A stretch of DNA of 64,000 bases, taken from NCBI RefSeq assembly GCF_036321535.1, contig NC_087447.1:43650001-43714000 (forward strand). Direction: 5' to 3'. The position numbers and the translations under genes are program-made. The notes beneath the pieces were generated by a model that was not told where the DNA came from, did not search any database, and saw nothing but the letters and a program-made list of their open reading frames with translations. Source of the DNA: Camelus dromedarius. Taxonomy: Eukaryota. Position 1 is the first letter of the stretch; the number at the start of each line of letters is the position of its first letter. Positions 11,401 to 24,798 of the stretch are shown piece after piece.

Positions 11401-12194
11401 TTATTATTTTATTATCTTATTTTTGCCAGCAATCTGGAATGCCTGCTGACCACATAACTGGGTCACTGGATGACACTTTTGCTCCTCTCTTAATTGAAAA
11501 GTTGAGCTGGACTGCTACGATCCTTTTTAGTGTGACTGTTCTGGAGTTTCCAGTGAGACTGTTTAAATCCTGGGCTGAAGCCCCTTCTACATCTGAAATC
11601 TATGTCTACAAGTTTATTTGCTTATTATTTATTGAGCCTAAATCCAGAGAGATTCACAGAACTGGACCAGATTTTAAAGAAGAGAAAAGGAAATCTGTAT
11701 GCAAGTTAGAGGGGCAGGAGGTTGTCTATGAAATAGGAGTACATCATTTCAAAAGTTGTAGCCGTCCCTCTAAACGAGCAGGATGCATTCATTTATTGAA
11801 CAAGTGTTTGTGGAATTCTACTGGGTATCATGCATTCTTGCAGATCCTAGAGAGACGGTGGTAAATAAAACAAAGGACACCTTTGGTCTATGCTTATATT
11901 CCCGAGAGGAAAGGCAAGAATAAATGAGGAACCAATTAAAAAAAAGCAAATTCCTATCCTTGGAAGTCCAGTAGCCACTATGCCATTCCTCCCAACCAGA
12001 ACACAGCCCTGTGCCCTGGCCCCTTCCCTCCCTCAGGGCTCTCCCCCCATATCCTCTGGGGTTGCTCCACTGAGTTAACTTTTTTACCTGTCGAGATTTA
12101 CACCTGGCAAGTTCCTGACTAGACCTTCCCTCAAGCCCAGGGTAAGCTGTTGGGGCCTGCTGACACCCCACATCATGGATGTAAACACACTTAC

Positions 12195-12298
12195 CTCTGG
12201 TTTAAATAGTTCCTCGGGGCCCTTATTTGCAGTGTTCCACTTTCTGAAACTTCCCTCCAGTTCCTCCTCATTGATTGAGAGAGTTCTTTCTGAAGGGC
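12195..12298 (-). CDS. PPFIBP2: PPFIBP2 coding exon (~exon 11), 104 nt, (G)PSERTLSINEEELEGSFRKWNTANKGPEELFKPE
   Basis: ttccag/GC...GAG/gtaagt, phase 1-0. Confidence 0.95.
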
Positions 12299-12409
12299 CT
12301 GGAAACATTAATGCAGAAGAGATGATTACCATTATGTGATTTGTTCCGAAACCTCTAATTGTATCACAAAATCCCAACGTTATTTCTCCATTATTAAGAA
12401 GGATAAAGA

Positions 12410-12570
12410 GGGGGGAAGAGTACAGCTCAGTGGTAGAGCACGTGCTTAGCACGCACAAGATCCTGGGTTCAATGCCCAGTGCCTCCATTAAATCAATCGA
12501 TCAAATTACCTCCCCCTATCAAAAAATATATATCCATTACAAAAAAGAACAAAAAAAAAAAACAAATAAA
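12410..12570 (+). mobile_element. Camelid tRNA-derived SINE (Vic-1-like, long-tail form)
   Basis: ggggaagagtacagctcagtggtagagcacgtgcttagc...gggttcaatgcccagtgcctcca...aattacctcccc, then an A-rich tail. Confidence 0.87.
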
Positions 12571-13479
12571 GGTATGCTAACAGTGTGGTTCAGAATATTC
12601 TTCAGGGCATCTGAGCCAAGGGTTGCCATGAGGGTCACCTCAATGTCAAAGCTCCTGCATGGAACAGAAAGAAGCACCCCCTCATCATTCCTCTCCAACC
12701 TTCTCAATTCCTTGGACACAGGCAATCAGGCCCTGACCTAACCCAGGATCTCAAAGGACTAGAGAAAACAGGGCTGTGACATGTGTGTGGGGGTGGCAGG
12801 GGCCCTGGGTGGCAACTAGTCAGCCACAACTTGGGCTTGGCTTCTTCCCAAGATGAGGCAGCAGCTCAGCCGGAACGAGGCCCCTGAACACCCTCCAGCA
12901 GCCCTCTCCCTGAATAGCTGTTTCCTTGGGTCTGTGATGGGAGCCCAGGCCCACGGCGAGAACAAGGCAGGCAGCCTGGCATACGCTCCACAGTGCCCAG
13001 AGAACAGTGATGCGGCCTGAGCGGTGCTTTCCGTCTAGGCAGCAGATATGAAACACAATCAGCTCTCACTCTCCCTGCCCTGTGACCTCCTGGGGGAACC
13101 CAGGGGCCCAGAAAATCAAAGAAGGCTCTCCAAGTGTCCCAGAGTCTGCTGGGGAAGCTTTTAGATTCTCTGGGAGGTGGAAAAGCTCTAATCCCCAGTG
13201 AGGGTACTAAACTGACTTCTGATCCAGGTTTGACCACACTCACTGCTGCTAAGAGAGATCCTAGGAAGATGCATAGATCTTCCACGAGTGAAGATTCCCA
13301 GTGGTTCAAGCTGAAGGCTTTCTTTTCTTGGTGACCTGGATAGTCCCCGGAAGTTCTGAACTGCCTGCCATTTAGCAAAATTTCTGCAAATCAACAGCTG
13401 CCAATTGCCCACTATCCAAGACCATCTAACCAGCTCTGTTCTTCAGCAGGGCATTTTCCCAAATAAAGATGAAAAATCT

Positions 13480-13570
13480 GGGGGAGGGTATAGCTCAGTG
13501 GTAGAGCACGTGCTTAGCATGCACAAGGTCCTGGGTTCACTTCTCAGTACTCCCATTAAAAAAAATAAAT
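13480..13570 (+). mobile_element. Camelid tRNA-derived SINE (Vic-1-like) with TSD
   Basis: ggggagggtatagctcagtggtagagc... TSD aaataaagatgaa(a/g)aatct at 13461-13479 and 13571-13589. Confidence 0.9.
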
Positions 13571-13670
13571 AAATAAAGATGAAGAATCTTCTGTCAGGAT
13601 GGTCCCTGGATTTAACCCAGTGTAGACGGAATATCTCAGGGAGACAATGTAGGCTCCCCTTTGCCCTTAC

Positions 13671-13746
13671 CTTGAGTTGCCATCACGATCTCCTTCACCC
13701 TTCGGTACTGGTTTAACAGCCCAGTAAGCTCCTCTATCCGGCGGTC
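13671..13746 (-). CDS. PPFIBP2: PPFIBP2 coding exon (~exon 10), 76 nt, DRRIEELTGLLNQYRRVKEIVMATQ(G)
   Basis: tgacag/GAC...CAAG/gtaagg, phase 0-1. Confidence 0.96.
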
Positions 13747-14122
13747 CTGTCACAGGGTGAGATAGATATCTATATAAACAACACTGGTGGCACCGGTGGT
13801 GACTTCATTTGGGGCCCCAGGCTACGTTCTGGGCACACTAAGAAGAAATGCTATGTGGAACCCACAGGACATTCCAAAGGGAAACACAGTGTCCAGCCCC
13901 TTCCCAGAACCTGGGTTCTCACTGGTCTGCCTCCTAGGCCACTGCAAGCACTCCTGCCTATAGCTGAAGGCTGCGAGCCCGATCTCTAGTCATAAAGCAA
14001 TCCCTGTTTGGCGTAGCCTTCGAGGAGCTTAAACATTTCCAGGAGCAGGAAACTCACTGTCTCCCTGCCCTCCTAAGGTAGCAACTGAAATCTGCCTCCT
14101 GATACCAATGGTGTCCTCTGGA

Positions 14123-14144
14123 GCCACATGCCACATGCCACATG

Positions 14145-14182
<38 letters not shown>
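14123..14182 (+). repeat. (GCCACAT)3 followed by (CA)~18 microsatellite
   Basis: Read directly from the sequence. Confidence 0.95.
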
Positions 14183-14184
<2 letters not shown>

Positions 14185-14887
14185 CTAAAATAAAGCCGTC
14201 ATCTTTATCCCAATATTCTTACCCCCTCCTTAGGAGTCTGAGATTCCTTACACAAAAGAGGAAATTCCCAGAGGGATCATTTCTTTCAGCAAAGGCTAGG
14301 GACTCGGGAGGCCACACAGACTTAGAGTTAAGGTTGGGTATGACCCTCGCTCTGGCTATCTACTGTGACCTGAACTTGAGCAAAACCACTTAAGCACTTT
14401 GAGTCTCAGTTTCCTCATCTGTAAAATACAGAGTTGTGATCCTCTGGAGCTGATGTTTGTGCCAGGTAGGTGTTCCAACATTATAGAGGTGGCTGTCTTA
14501 TAATTATGCAGGAATTCAATGTGAGGGACATAAGAAGACAGGGTCAGCTGACAGGTCTATCAGGAGTGTCATGGTGGGTCTGCCCGTGAGGGGTCTATCA
14601 CCAGACTGTGCACACGGGAGACTGGCGGCCTGTTCTCAAGCTCTGCTAGCCATGAACAGGCATTGCCTTAATCTGTCTTTGGGGGATTCCATTTAGGCAC
14701 AATTCCCAGGCATCAAAACAGGTGGCTGAGCTGAGTCTCCAGGAGGCAGAGGCGGTTCTCCTGACACTTCCCTGAGTCACTGGCCTGATGGGCACAGCCC
14801 CATCCAAAACAGCAGCAACCAGCAGGGACCAAACAGAACCAGAGATGTCAGCAGAGAAAGGACAGGGCCGTCCAATGGCCATCTTAC

Positions 14888-14949
14888 CTTATCTTCGTTG
14901 GCAACAAGCAAAGTTTCCATCCCCATTTTCAGACGTTGAATTTCTTGGT
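14888..14949 (-). CDS. PPFIBP2: PPFIBP2 coding exon (~exon 9), 62 nt, (D)QEIQRLKMGMETLLVANEDK
   Basis: ctttag/AC...AAG/gtaaga, phase 1-0. Confidence 0.96.
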
Positions 14950-16584
14950 CTAAAGAATTCAGGTGTAGGAAGAATTATTTATGTAAATGCAGGCAGCTCT
15001 TCCCACACATTAAGATGCTAAGACTTTCCGTGTGAACAAACTGCACGTGGGCTTCTTTATGTCCTTCAAGAGCCCACGATGGTACTGGCATAGAGTCAGT
15101 TTCATTAAATATTTGCTAGACTATTAAACAAGTGAACCCAGTATTTGTCTTCCTTATAGACACTTGTGGGGGCAAAAAAACCAAATGCCATTAACCCAAA
15201 GGTGACACAGAGGAACCTCAAATCTTTCACAAGCAACATCCCACAAGGAAACAGACATTTATCCTTTATAACTTGAGCAGGCATGTCCCTGGGCTGCTAA
15301 TGAGTTTTACAGAGAATCATACAATCAGTCCCACGGATTGTAGCAAAGGAAAATTTAAAATAAGAAGAAACAACATCTACAGCTGAATGAACTGAATGCC
15401 ATGGGAAAAGAAGTGACTATGTAAAAAGTTAATTGCAAAGGGAACAGTCAGAGGTGACTAACAACGTTTAGATGCATCTGTAACTACATTAAGATAAACC
15501 CTAAGGTTAAAGAAAACAATGCTACTTCATCACAAACCTACAGAATTGCCCTGTGGGCCAAGCCATCTGCCTCAGTCTATGATGGACAACACGGGGCCAC
15601 CTCTCATTTTGGACCCAAGAGGGACTCTTAAATTCTTCCCCAATGTGTCTGGAGAGCCAGGTCAAAGGCCAAAGCCTAAAGGAGCTGGGGGGGGGGGTGG
15701 TATTCTGCCAAAGTACTGAGGGCTAGGAATTGGCACTGAGTTAAATTTTCCAAATAAGCCCTGCACCCATCCGCAAACTGGGAACTGCAAAGAGAATAGG
15801 GACGTCTGTGTAAGAACAGAACAGGAGACAAGGGCACAGAAGTACCTACAGGCACCCCATCTCCTTCCAACAAGAACCGGAAGAGTGGATTTACGGACTT
15901 GGTGTATATAGTCGTAGGGATTAATTCTCAGAGGAAAGTACAGAGTGCTGCTCATTATCTTGGGCTCTTGGCAGCTGAAGATTAACTTTGCAGCCCAGTT
16001 TGTGGTGGGAGAGGGCAGTAAGCTTGAGATGAAGATGGGCAAACCTTGATGCTGAGCAGCAAATGACCCAAGGACCAGCTCCAGGAGGTACCTGATGGTG
16101 GAACAGGGTAGGGCCTGGAAGGCTTGGGCTGCGGGGAAACATGGGGTGTGGGGGGAAGCCTGCCTGGCCTGGAAGTCATGGCCTGGGGAGCTCTCCATCC
16201 AAGTTTAGCATCACAGATAGTCTAGAGTATCTTAGAAGTAGCCTCATGTTAGGCCTTGGCAGACAGGTGACACACTCAATGGCTTGGGAAGACACTGAGA
16301 AAGGCTGGCGGAAGGATGAACATACTGGTTACTAATTTCCTTCTCCAGCCTAAGCCACTGTGTCCGGCTGCATGGCTTCCCCACCTCAGCCAGGGACCCA
16401 GGCTGAGCAGGGCTGGGGCCAAGATGAGGCTCGGTAGTAGGGCCAATCCACAGGGCTACGTGACCTCCTCCAGCATCATTTTGGAGAAGCTGGAAAGTGT
16501 GCGATCATTTTGTATACAAGGCAACAGTTGTAAATATTAAATACATATTAATAAGAATATTTGAAGATTTATCCTGTACCTTAT

Positions 16585-16820
16585 TTCTTAATAAACTTTG
16601 TATTTTAGGGCAGCTTTACGTTTGCACTAAAATTGAGGGGACTTACAGAGAGTTCCCATACACCCGCTACCCCTACACAAGTGCCACCTCCCACACTATC
16701 AACATTTAGTACCTAATGGTATATTTGTTTCAAATGATGAACCAACATTAGGGTTCACTCTTGGTTTTGTACATTCCGTGGATTTGAACAAATGTATAAT
16801 GATATGAATCCACTATTAAA
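16585..16820 (-). mobile_element. Old LINE-1 (L1M-type) 3' remnant
   Basis: ttttagggcagcttta...aaaattgag...gagttcccatacac...agggttcactcttgg...acaaatgtataatga. Confidence 0.7.
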
Positions 16821-17003
16821 GTGCCTTATCCCTTTGTGTGTGTTTCACCACAATTAAAATGTACCGCACACATCCATTCACACGGACTTGTTCGTACACG
16901 CATGCTGCACACAGCCGTACACACACTCACCCAGAGACACACATGCCCTCTTACAAGAGAGGGCCCAGGGGCAACTGCATTCGGTCGCAGTCGAGCCAGT
17001 TAC

Positions 17004-17115
17004 CTTTCTCTGCATGGTCACTGTGGAGAGCTGTGGTCCGGGACAGCTGGCTGTGCAGACGCTCGATTTCTGCATCCTTCAATGCCACCTGCTCTTGCAG
17101 CTGGGCTACCTCAGC
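17004..17115 (-). CDS. PPFIBP2: PPFIBP2 coding exon (~exon 8), 112 nt, AEVAQLQEQVALKDAEIERLHSQLSRTTALHSDHAEK(D)
   Basis: ttccag/GCT...AAAG/gtaact, phase 0-1. Confidence 0.96.
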
Positions 17116-19334
17116 CTGGAAGAGCAACAGAGGCGCTGGATCAGCTCAGAGGGACAACCAGACCACGACAAAGTACCTCAAGTCGGAGCCCAGGGCCAGT
17201 GGGCCCCAGGACATGCTAGGAAGTTAGGAGCAAAGGTGCCAGAAGTGAGGTGAGCCGTTAGAGGTCTCACTGCCGTCCCCACAAAGCAGAGCTCTGTCCA
17301 ATGAACGCACTCTTCCTGGCCATTCTGGCCATGCCCAAGGCTCTGGCCATCCACCTGCTCTCTCTCCTGCCTCCTCCTACTTGACCAGGTGCGTTCCGTC
17401 CTCTGCCTTCTGTAGCCCAAACACCACTGAAGCCTGAGGAAGTGGGATTATGTGCAATGGGAGGGCTGCCCTTGGTCCAAAGATGGATATTCACTTTCTG
17501 GACAGGCTCTTCCTTCCCCCAAAATAGTCCAGCAACAGCATGTCCATGCAGCACTGTCACAAGAACACACAGCTTTCATTTTTCCACCTCATCCAGGAAA
17601 CACAGCAGAAGTCAAATCACTACTAGGAGACAAAGAGTGAGCCCAGAGTTCCCTCCCTCAAACTCTCCCACCCTGAATGCACAGCCACTGCCTCTGCCCA
17701 GCCTCAGACACCTATGCTCCTTTACCCCAATGTAATTACAGATGTGCATTCAGGTGTGCAGAGTGTACATACTTTAACAAATCAGGCACGTAAGCACAAC
17801 ACAGTTGCATAAACACATTCACAGGGGCAGCTGCGGTGTGTGGTTCCCAAGTCTCTACTAAGTCTAGCAGAATAAATCTTACACTTAACAGTAGCTGTGG
17901 CTGCCCATGCCTTCCCATACTCAGCACTGAGGACGTCACATCCCAAGAGGCACACTCACACTGGCTTTGGAGTCCAACAAACTTGGATTCTCTCATTTCC
18001 TAGTTAGGTGACTTTGAGGAGGTGAGTTAAATGGAGTCTTGGCTCATCTATAGAACCAGGAAAATAGCATTTACCCCATGGGGCTGGAGTGAGGATTAAA
18101 CATGATAATGGTTACGGACAACTTAGCCTAATGCTCAGCAGATAGACAGTTCTCAATAAATTTTATTTACTATTTACTATTGTTGCTCTCCCCCTGTTCC
18201 CTCCCTACAGATAACTAGCCAGGTCTTTGAGCATCAAATCAGACTAAGCAAGGGAGGTGAGAATGGACTCCCAGCCAATCAACAGAACACACAGAAGCTT
18301 CTACTCTGGGCACCATCTCCCCATGTGGTAGCCCAATCACGTCCCACCTTTATTCCTCAAGGTTATGGTACGGGCTGGTCCTTTCCCAAGATAATCTTGG
18401 AACAGCTCGAGTAACCAAATGAGCACTGGTTCTGTTGTTGACTCTACCAGCAAACAGGCCTGTGTACAGTTTCAGGACACATGGACTGAGCACCTACTCT
18501 GAGGCCTGCCTCTGGGTGAGGTCATTTATTCAAAACTCTGCAGATCAAGTAACTGGGCCCAACTTCCTGAATGCAATTTCCACAGTGTAGGCCAGAAACG
18601 GCAGGTGCTCTGTTAGGCTTATAGAGGCATCTGCCCCAAGCCGGGAAGTCTAAGTCGACAATAGCCCAGAGGGAACCCAGGGCAAAGCATGCTATTGCCA
18701 TGGCCACTGAAGCTCCAGCCACGTGGCAAGAGGTCTGGGACAAAGATGAGATAGGCACTCAGCCCCACTACAAGTGCTGGGCTTTCTTAAGCCCGGGAGC
18801 ATGCCCTACTGCCGCTGCCCTGAAAGGTGAGTCACATTTAGGGACTGAGAAGCTTTACACAGGAAACTGAAGAACTTTCAAAACAGGGCAGGTTTTTACT
18901 GCAGGGAATTAGGACGAAGAGGGGAAAGAGCATGAGTTTTGGAATGACATAGATCCAGATCCGAACCTCACCTTGCCTACTCTGAGCCTCAGTTTCCTTA
19001 CCAGTCAAATGAAGATAATCAACCGACAGGCCTCCCTGGGTTATTGTATGGACTGAATGAGAACCTTTGGGCAAAGGGCTTGATCCGTTCCGGCACACAC
19101 GAGGGGCTCCAGACCTGGTCATTACTGCATAACCTGTCGAGTCTCAAAGGTCTACAAGCCAAGGCCAAGTACTTAGGTGATTTAAAAGAGTTGTTCGGTT
19201 TTGTAAGAGAAGGTGGTGTGAACAACTTCAAAGGAGTCGCTTGAGGGGATCACAGTGATGCAAGGTCCTGAGCTATTTGAGAGTCAGTCATCCTAGACCT
19301 GGGGACTGTGAAACAATCCACAAGGGCACCCTTA

Positions 19335-19974
19335 TGCTAGAGCAGGCAGGTAGCTAGGTATGAGCAGAGAAAGGGGGACACAGGCCAAATGGCAGGAACT
19401 GGGCAAAAAAGGAGGGACACGGGCCAAATACAGGAAACCATACATGATATAAACAACAGGGGTCCTTGGGCAGATAGAAGAAAGCAGGAACTTTTGGACT
19501 GGTAAGAAATCACACATTTTGGGGTGATAAGTGACCTGGAGGCAGATGAAGAAAAGTGGAAAAAGGCAGAAATCCCCAGTGTCCAAATGTAACCTTTTGC
19601 TCATTATGCCCTCATTTCAACAGAATTAGCCTTGCAGATCAGAAGTACCCATCATGCACCGACGCCATGACCCTTCCGATCCAGACTAAATAAGGACAAA
19701 AATCCCTCCTCCCCTTGGGTAGGGGTGTTGGGATGAACATCAGGGAATATGACCCCAAACCCTTCCCTCCCCAGTGAATATTCCACCCATTCATTTTTAC
19801 AGCCTATGTAAGCATCTTGCCAAAGAAACTCAGGGCAGCTGCTCACCTGAGCCTGTCTGCTCTCCCCTTGAGAGCGAACTATCACTTAATAAATCCTCCC
19901 TTTACTTTCTTGACCTTTGTGTCTTGTCTCTGAATTCTTTCTGGGAGGAGTCAAGTACCTAATTGCCAGCAACA
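19335..19974 (+). mobile_element. Solo LTR, ERV1-like (640 bp)
   Basis: TG...CA termini, perfect 4-bp TSD ctta (19331-19334 and 19975-19978), and AATAAA near 19888. Confidence 0.85.
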
Positions 19975-21271
19975 CTTAGATAAAAGCAGAGCTACAGATG
20001 AACAAGCAGATTGCCTAGGGCTGGTGCTGACTAGCTGTAAAATCTTGGGAAAGTTATCTAACTACTCTATGCCTCAGTTTCCTCATCTGTATAATGGTTA
20101 AGAAAATTATTTTACATTTATACAACACGTTCAGAGTTTCCTTTTACTAGCATGGTATAAAATTGTGTATAAATTATCAACACTAAAAATTAAGAGAGAG
20201 AGAGATAGACCCAAAGAGAGAAATGCCTGGAAGGTAATATTAATAGTGGTAGCTCCTGGGTAGTGTGTAAGTGATTTTTATTTCTTTAATTTTTTGTGGT
20301 TTAAAATGATCTATAATAAGTATTATTGTTTTTATCATTATTAAAAGTTACAGAGAAAATAAAACTGAAAGTACAAACTAGAGGTTGAGAAAACTGTAAG
20401 ATGAAATGCCCACCGCTGAGGCCATCCAGTAACCCACGGGGGGCGCTGCAGAACCCTTAGTGGAAAGGCAGGTGTGCACCCATCCAAGGCAGCCCAGGCC
20501 AGCTCCTCAGGCAGGAAAGCTGCCTCAGGGTTTTAGAACTTCCCTTCCCCAACCCTAGCACACCCCACCCCCATCCCCAGAGAACTCTAATTCTGTATTT
20601 TAATGTGAAACTTCCTCATGCTTAAGTGACAGCTTATTTGACATTTTTTTAATACAATGTTCTGGCCAAAACAACAAATGTATAGGCTGAATCCATCCAT
20701 CTCAACTACTACAGGAAATGAAGGAAGAAACAAAGGAGGGAAAGAAAAAATTTACTTCACAGAAGAATCTATCGTTGGTGTCCTTTAAATAGCAAGCTCC
20801 CCAGTTCGACAGAAACATGATTTGGTTTTTTTAAAACCAAAAGTATATATCATCTTTTTAGGAATTGCTAAAAATAATGCATGTCTCTTTTTAGAACTTG
20901 ATGATTAGAGGGACTGCAGAATTTAAAATGATGCAGCCAAGATAATGTTGGCATTCAACTGCCCCAGGACTCATCACTCCCTCACAGAGCCCCTGCTCCG
21001 CCCAGCACCAGCCTGGGGCGCTTTGGGACACAGAGAGAGGAAGGAAACTCAAGTGATTTCAGCAGCTCACAACCTCATGGGCTTTCCCTGTGAGAAGAGC
21101 CCTGCTGGATCAAATCTGTCTGCTTGCACAACCTGGGCACTGTTGCGTGTGCCCACAGTGGGGTCAGCTCTCATTTCTCAAGCCTCGGCTACTGCAAAGC
21201 CCGAGCTTGGACACGGACCCTCCCCACTGGGCCCCCGTGCCTCTCCATTAAACATCAGAACCGCCTTTTAC

Positions 21272-21364
21272 CTTGGTGGCTTTCAGTTTCCACTCATACT
21301 GATTCCGTTCATTTTCCAGCTCTTCCACCTTGACTTTGAGGTGCCGGAGCTCTTGCAGCAACTC
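21272..21364 (-). CDS. PPFIBP2: PPFIBP2 coding exon (~exon 7), 93 nt, ELLQELRHLKVKVEELENERNQYEWKLKATK
   Basis: ctctag/GAG...AAG/gtaaaa, phase 0-0. Confidence 0.96.
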
Positions 21365-22399
21365 CTAGAGGGGTGAGGAAGAAAGACAAAGCTCTGATGA
21401 TTACAGAGCAGGCTGTTCCCTGGCTCTAACCCTGGTCAAGCTCATGCACAGAGGACGCCAAGGCAGGAGCAACTGCGTCATGCCCACACTGCAGCTCCCA
21501 TCTTTAAACACGGTCTTTGTTTCAGGAAAAGCTGTATGGCCATTAAAAAACAAAGACCAGGGAGTTCCAGACAGAACACAGAGAAAACTTTCTTCTTCTC
21601 AGAACCCATTCTGCTCACCCCTTTCTGACATCAGCGTTCCCTGCAGGGTGTGCCCAAATCACCCCCGTGTGGGTGGGTAGGGGGCAGGGCAGGCAGGATT
21701 TGGGAGCAAGAGAAACAGATGCAGAAACGAGGCAGCTTCTTCCAAACAAGGTAGGGAGAAGCAGGCGAACTGGGGGCATCTCTCTTGCTGGGGGCGGAGG
21801 AACCCAGAGGAGGGGTTGGTGATCCTGAAAGGCTTCACAGAGGAAGTGACAGCCAGGAGGATTGATACAAAACACCAAAAGGACAAACGCTGAGTGTGAG
21901 ATGTCAAGGCCGGTTGGGGTGTTCCAGTTCAGAGGAGGGGGCTGACTTGAAGAAAGGAGGGAGGGAGGAGGTGTCTAGGAACAAGGCAAAGACAGCAGGC
22001 ACAAAGGGAGATAGCCTGCTGGGCAAGAGCAGATGATGGGCAGCATTTTGTGGGAAATGAGGCCTGGAGAGTAAGGAGGGACCCATGGTAAAGGCTTTGG
22101 GATAAGAATATGATGAGTTTTGATACCATTCTCTAGGCAGTAGGGAGCCACGTGAAGGTTGCTGAGTAAGGAAGGCACATTCCAACAACTTGCCCATGGG
22201 GGACCTGGAAAATCAGGCCTTATCTTCTGACCCCAGGACCCCTGCTTTTTAAAGTAACCCCTCAGTAAAGATGACACCACTCGGCACCTTTGTCCCAAAT
22301 CTAGGTTCCCTTAATGGACAAACAGTCCTGCTGACTGGTTTCTAACAGAAAAATTAGTATAAATGTGATTACTTTCATAGGCTTTCTGAACTCCAGACT

Positions 22400-23225
22400 C
22401 ACAGGACAAACTTCCCACTTAGCATCTCTACATGGACGGCACGTAGGCATCTTACAACTGTCATGGCCCAAGTGGAACTCTCAGCGCCTGCTCTGAGACA
22501 CCCCTGTCTCACCGAAGGGCATCTCCACCCACGTAGGCAGCTGCGCCAGGAACCTGGGCTCCGGCCCATTCATCTCCTCCTCCTCTGCCACCCCTACATA
22601 TGAAAGTTAACCCCAAGCCTTGTTCATTCCACCGCCAAGGAAATCACTTCAGTCTCTCATTTCTTTCCAACTCAACCAGCACTCGTCCGATCGAGCAGTT
22701 CGTGTTAACAGCCTGGACAGTCTTTCCACTGGTTGGTCCTCTGCTGTCTTGCTCTTCTTGAATCCACTGACCCCCATGGCATCCAGGGAAACAATACGAC
22801 TAAAACACAAATCTGACGCTGGCCCCTCCCTTGCTCCTCAAAGCTCATAAACTTTAACCCATGACCAACACAGGCTGGCCTGGCCCAGCACCCTGCCTGC
22901 CTCTTTATGACTGTTTCTCCCCAGTTAGGCCCCAGCCAAACCACATACTTTTTGGTTCCTCTTTCTGACTTGGACTTTCACACACGCTGCTCGCTCTCTC
23001 TGGGATCCCTGCCCATCCTTCAGGCCTCCCGGAGCTGTTATCCCAACCCCCGCACCTCATCCCTGTCATCCTCTCTTGTGACATCCTGCATTATCTCCTA
23101 CATCATTTGCAATTAAACATTTATTGGCATGACTGCTAAGGGCTACTTCTCCTCTACTGTGAACTCTGAGTCTTGCTAACCTCTGGCACATAGTAGGTAT
23201 GCATTATCTCCTGCTAAATGAAAGC
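22400..23225 (+). mobile_element. LINE-2 3' remnant
   Basis: Pyrimidine-rich L2 signatures ending ggcacatagtaggta...tgctaaatgaa; boundaries approximate. Confidence 0.65.
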
Positions 23226-24594
23226 ATGAAATTCAAGCCATCATTTCACTCGCCTGGAACTTTTTGCATTCTGAGACAATCCACAAGAAAGTTACATCGT
23301 TTACACTTGAATTTTGTAGGGATATTTACTAAGATTTTCTTAGAGCTAAAGTGAACATTTGTTGACGCCTTTTTTAAAAAAAAAAAAAAGTCTTCTGAGC
23401 TAAGATTATTGCCTCCGTGACCTGCAACATTAGACTTTAAGGCCTATCGTGACTTACAGCAGACCTAGGATCATTTTCTGAGAACACTTCTGGCCCTGCC
23501 TGAGGGGACACCGGGCCTGCTGATGGCAGAACCTAAAGTGTGCAGGTTACTGTGGAGAAGCTGCCACTGTGGGGACACAGACAGAGCACGATGATCTCCA
23601 GGCGCCTATAACCCCTTGGGCGTATCCTCTGCCTTCTGAACTATCTGCTGCCCACTGTGGGCTATAAACACAGGAGCACACTGTAACTTTTTACGAGTCT
23701 CTCTGGGGTGACCCACTCGCCGTGGGGCACGCCCAGCACCCTCTCAGAGCTTCCCTTTCCAAATCTACACCTACATCCTGACTCATGTTTCCCACCCATC
23801 GAGCCTCTCCCCTCATGCCCAAGTCTGGATAGAGATTTTCAGCATGCTCCCCAGTCCAGTATAGATCATGGCAACTTCCTATGGACATGAGTACTGTGAC
23901 CTTGACCTTCCCTCAGGCTTCAATAGTGGGCCTTGGAGACACAGGCTCATCGCTGTGCAGCCGCCACCATGTAGGACCTGGTGACACCAGTGCGAGGGGC
24001 CCTGAGGTGTGAAATCCCTCACAATGGTGTCCCCAGGTCCTGCGTGATGGCAGCTATGTGACGATGTGGGAGAACTTTTCCGGGAAATCCAGATTATGAC
24101 AATTGTCACAATATATGGAAACTTGTGTTCTATTTTCTCACTGGGGATAAATCTCTTTAAAAATGAGCTTGAAATGATTCTTTCATGTTGCTGTTCTTTT
24201 CCTTAATTAAAAAAATTTTTATGTATTTATTTATTCTTTAAAATCACATGGAATGAAACTTCATTTAATCTCCCAGCCCAGGAGAAAGAAAGGGTCTGGG
24301 TCGTACCTGGGAAGGGGAATCCTGAAGCTTCCTTTCGCCCCAGTGCCCCAACACTCAGGCACCTGACACACCTCATTCCCAGCCCTGAGGGAGGGGAGTG
24401 CTGCCACCCGCCAGAGGGTTGGCCTCACCGGCTCAGATCCTGCTCTGGTGAGGGTCACAGAGGTCAGCTCACATCTGGTGGAGAGTGAGTCCCGAGCTCT
24501 GCCCAGGGGGAACCACAGCCCCGTGTTAAGCCACCGCACACTGTCCTGGTTAGGAGAAAGCCCAGCCCCTCTGCCAGTGAATCGCCCCACACAC

Positions 24595-24798
24595 GCATGC
24601 GCTGATATACTTAAGCGTGCTTCCTACAGGCGACCCCTCCCAACAGGCACAGTCCTGGCTGCGGGCCTGGGGCGGGGCTGCGGCCTCCTCCTCGGGGCGG
24701 TCCCTACTGAGGGAGAGGCGCTCTTGAATCTGCCTGTGGATGTCCAGCTGCAGCCTACACATCTGCTCCTGCAGCTCACTGATCACATTCAGAACCGA
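24595..24798 (-). CDS. PPFIBP2: Probable alternative PPFIBP2 exon, SVLNVISELQEQMCRLQLDIHRQIQERLSLSRDRPEEE...; 3' end uncertain
   Basis: Long pyrimidine tract ending ccctacag, phase 0, heptad-like ORF. Best in-frame donor is the weak TGC/gtgtgt at 24594; otherwise the frame runs to TAA at 24550. Confidence 0.7.

Noticed and set aside
13480..13555. tRNA-Ala gene (also applies to the other tRNA-like copies)
   Set aside because: A and B boxes are present, but the acceptor stem is disrupted, and poly-A tails, TSDs and ten diverged copies show these are SINEs.
15662..16198. 178-aa minus-strand ORF
   Set aside because: No recognisable protein family and no convincing phase-compatible splice pair found.
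20945..21376. 143-aa plus-strand ORF with a hydrophobic C-terminus
   Set aside because: The hydrophobic part is the antisense reading of the Glu/Lys-rich PPFIBP2 exon at 21272-21364.
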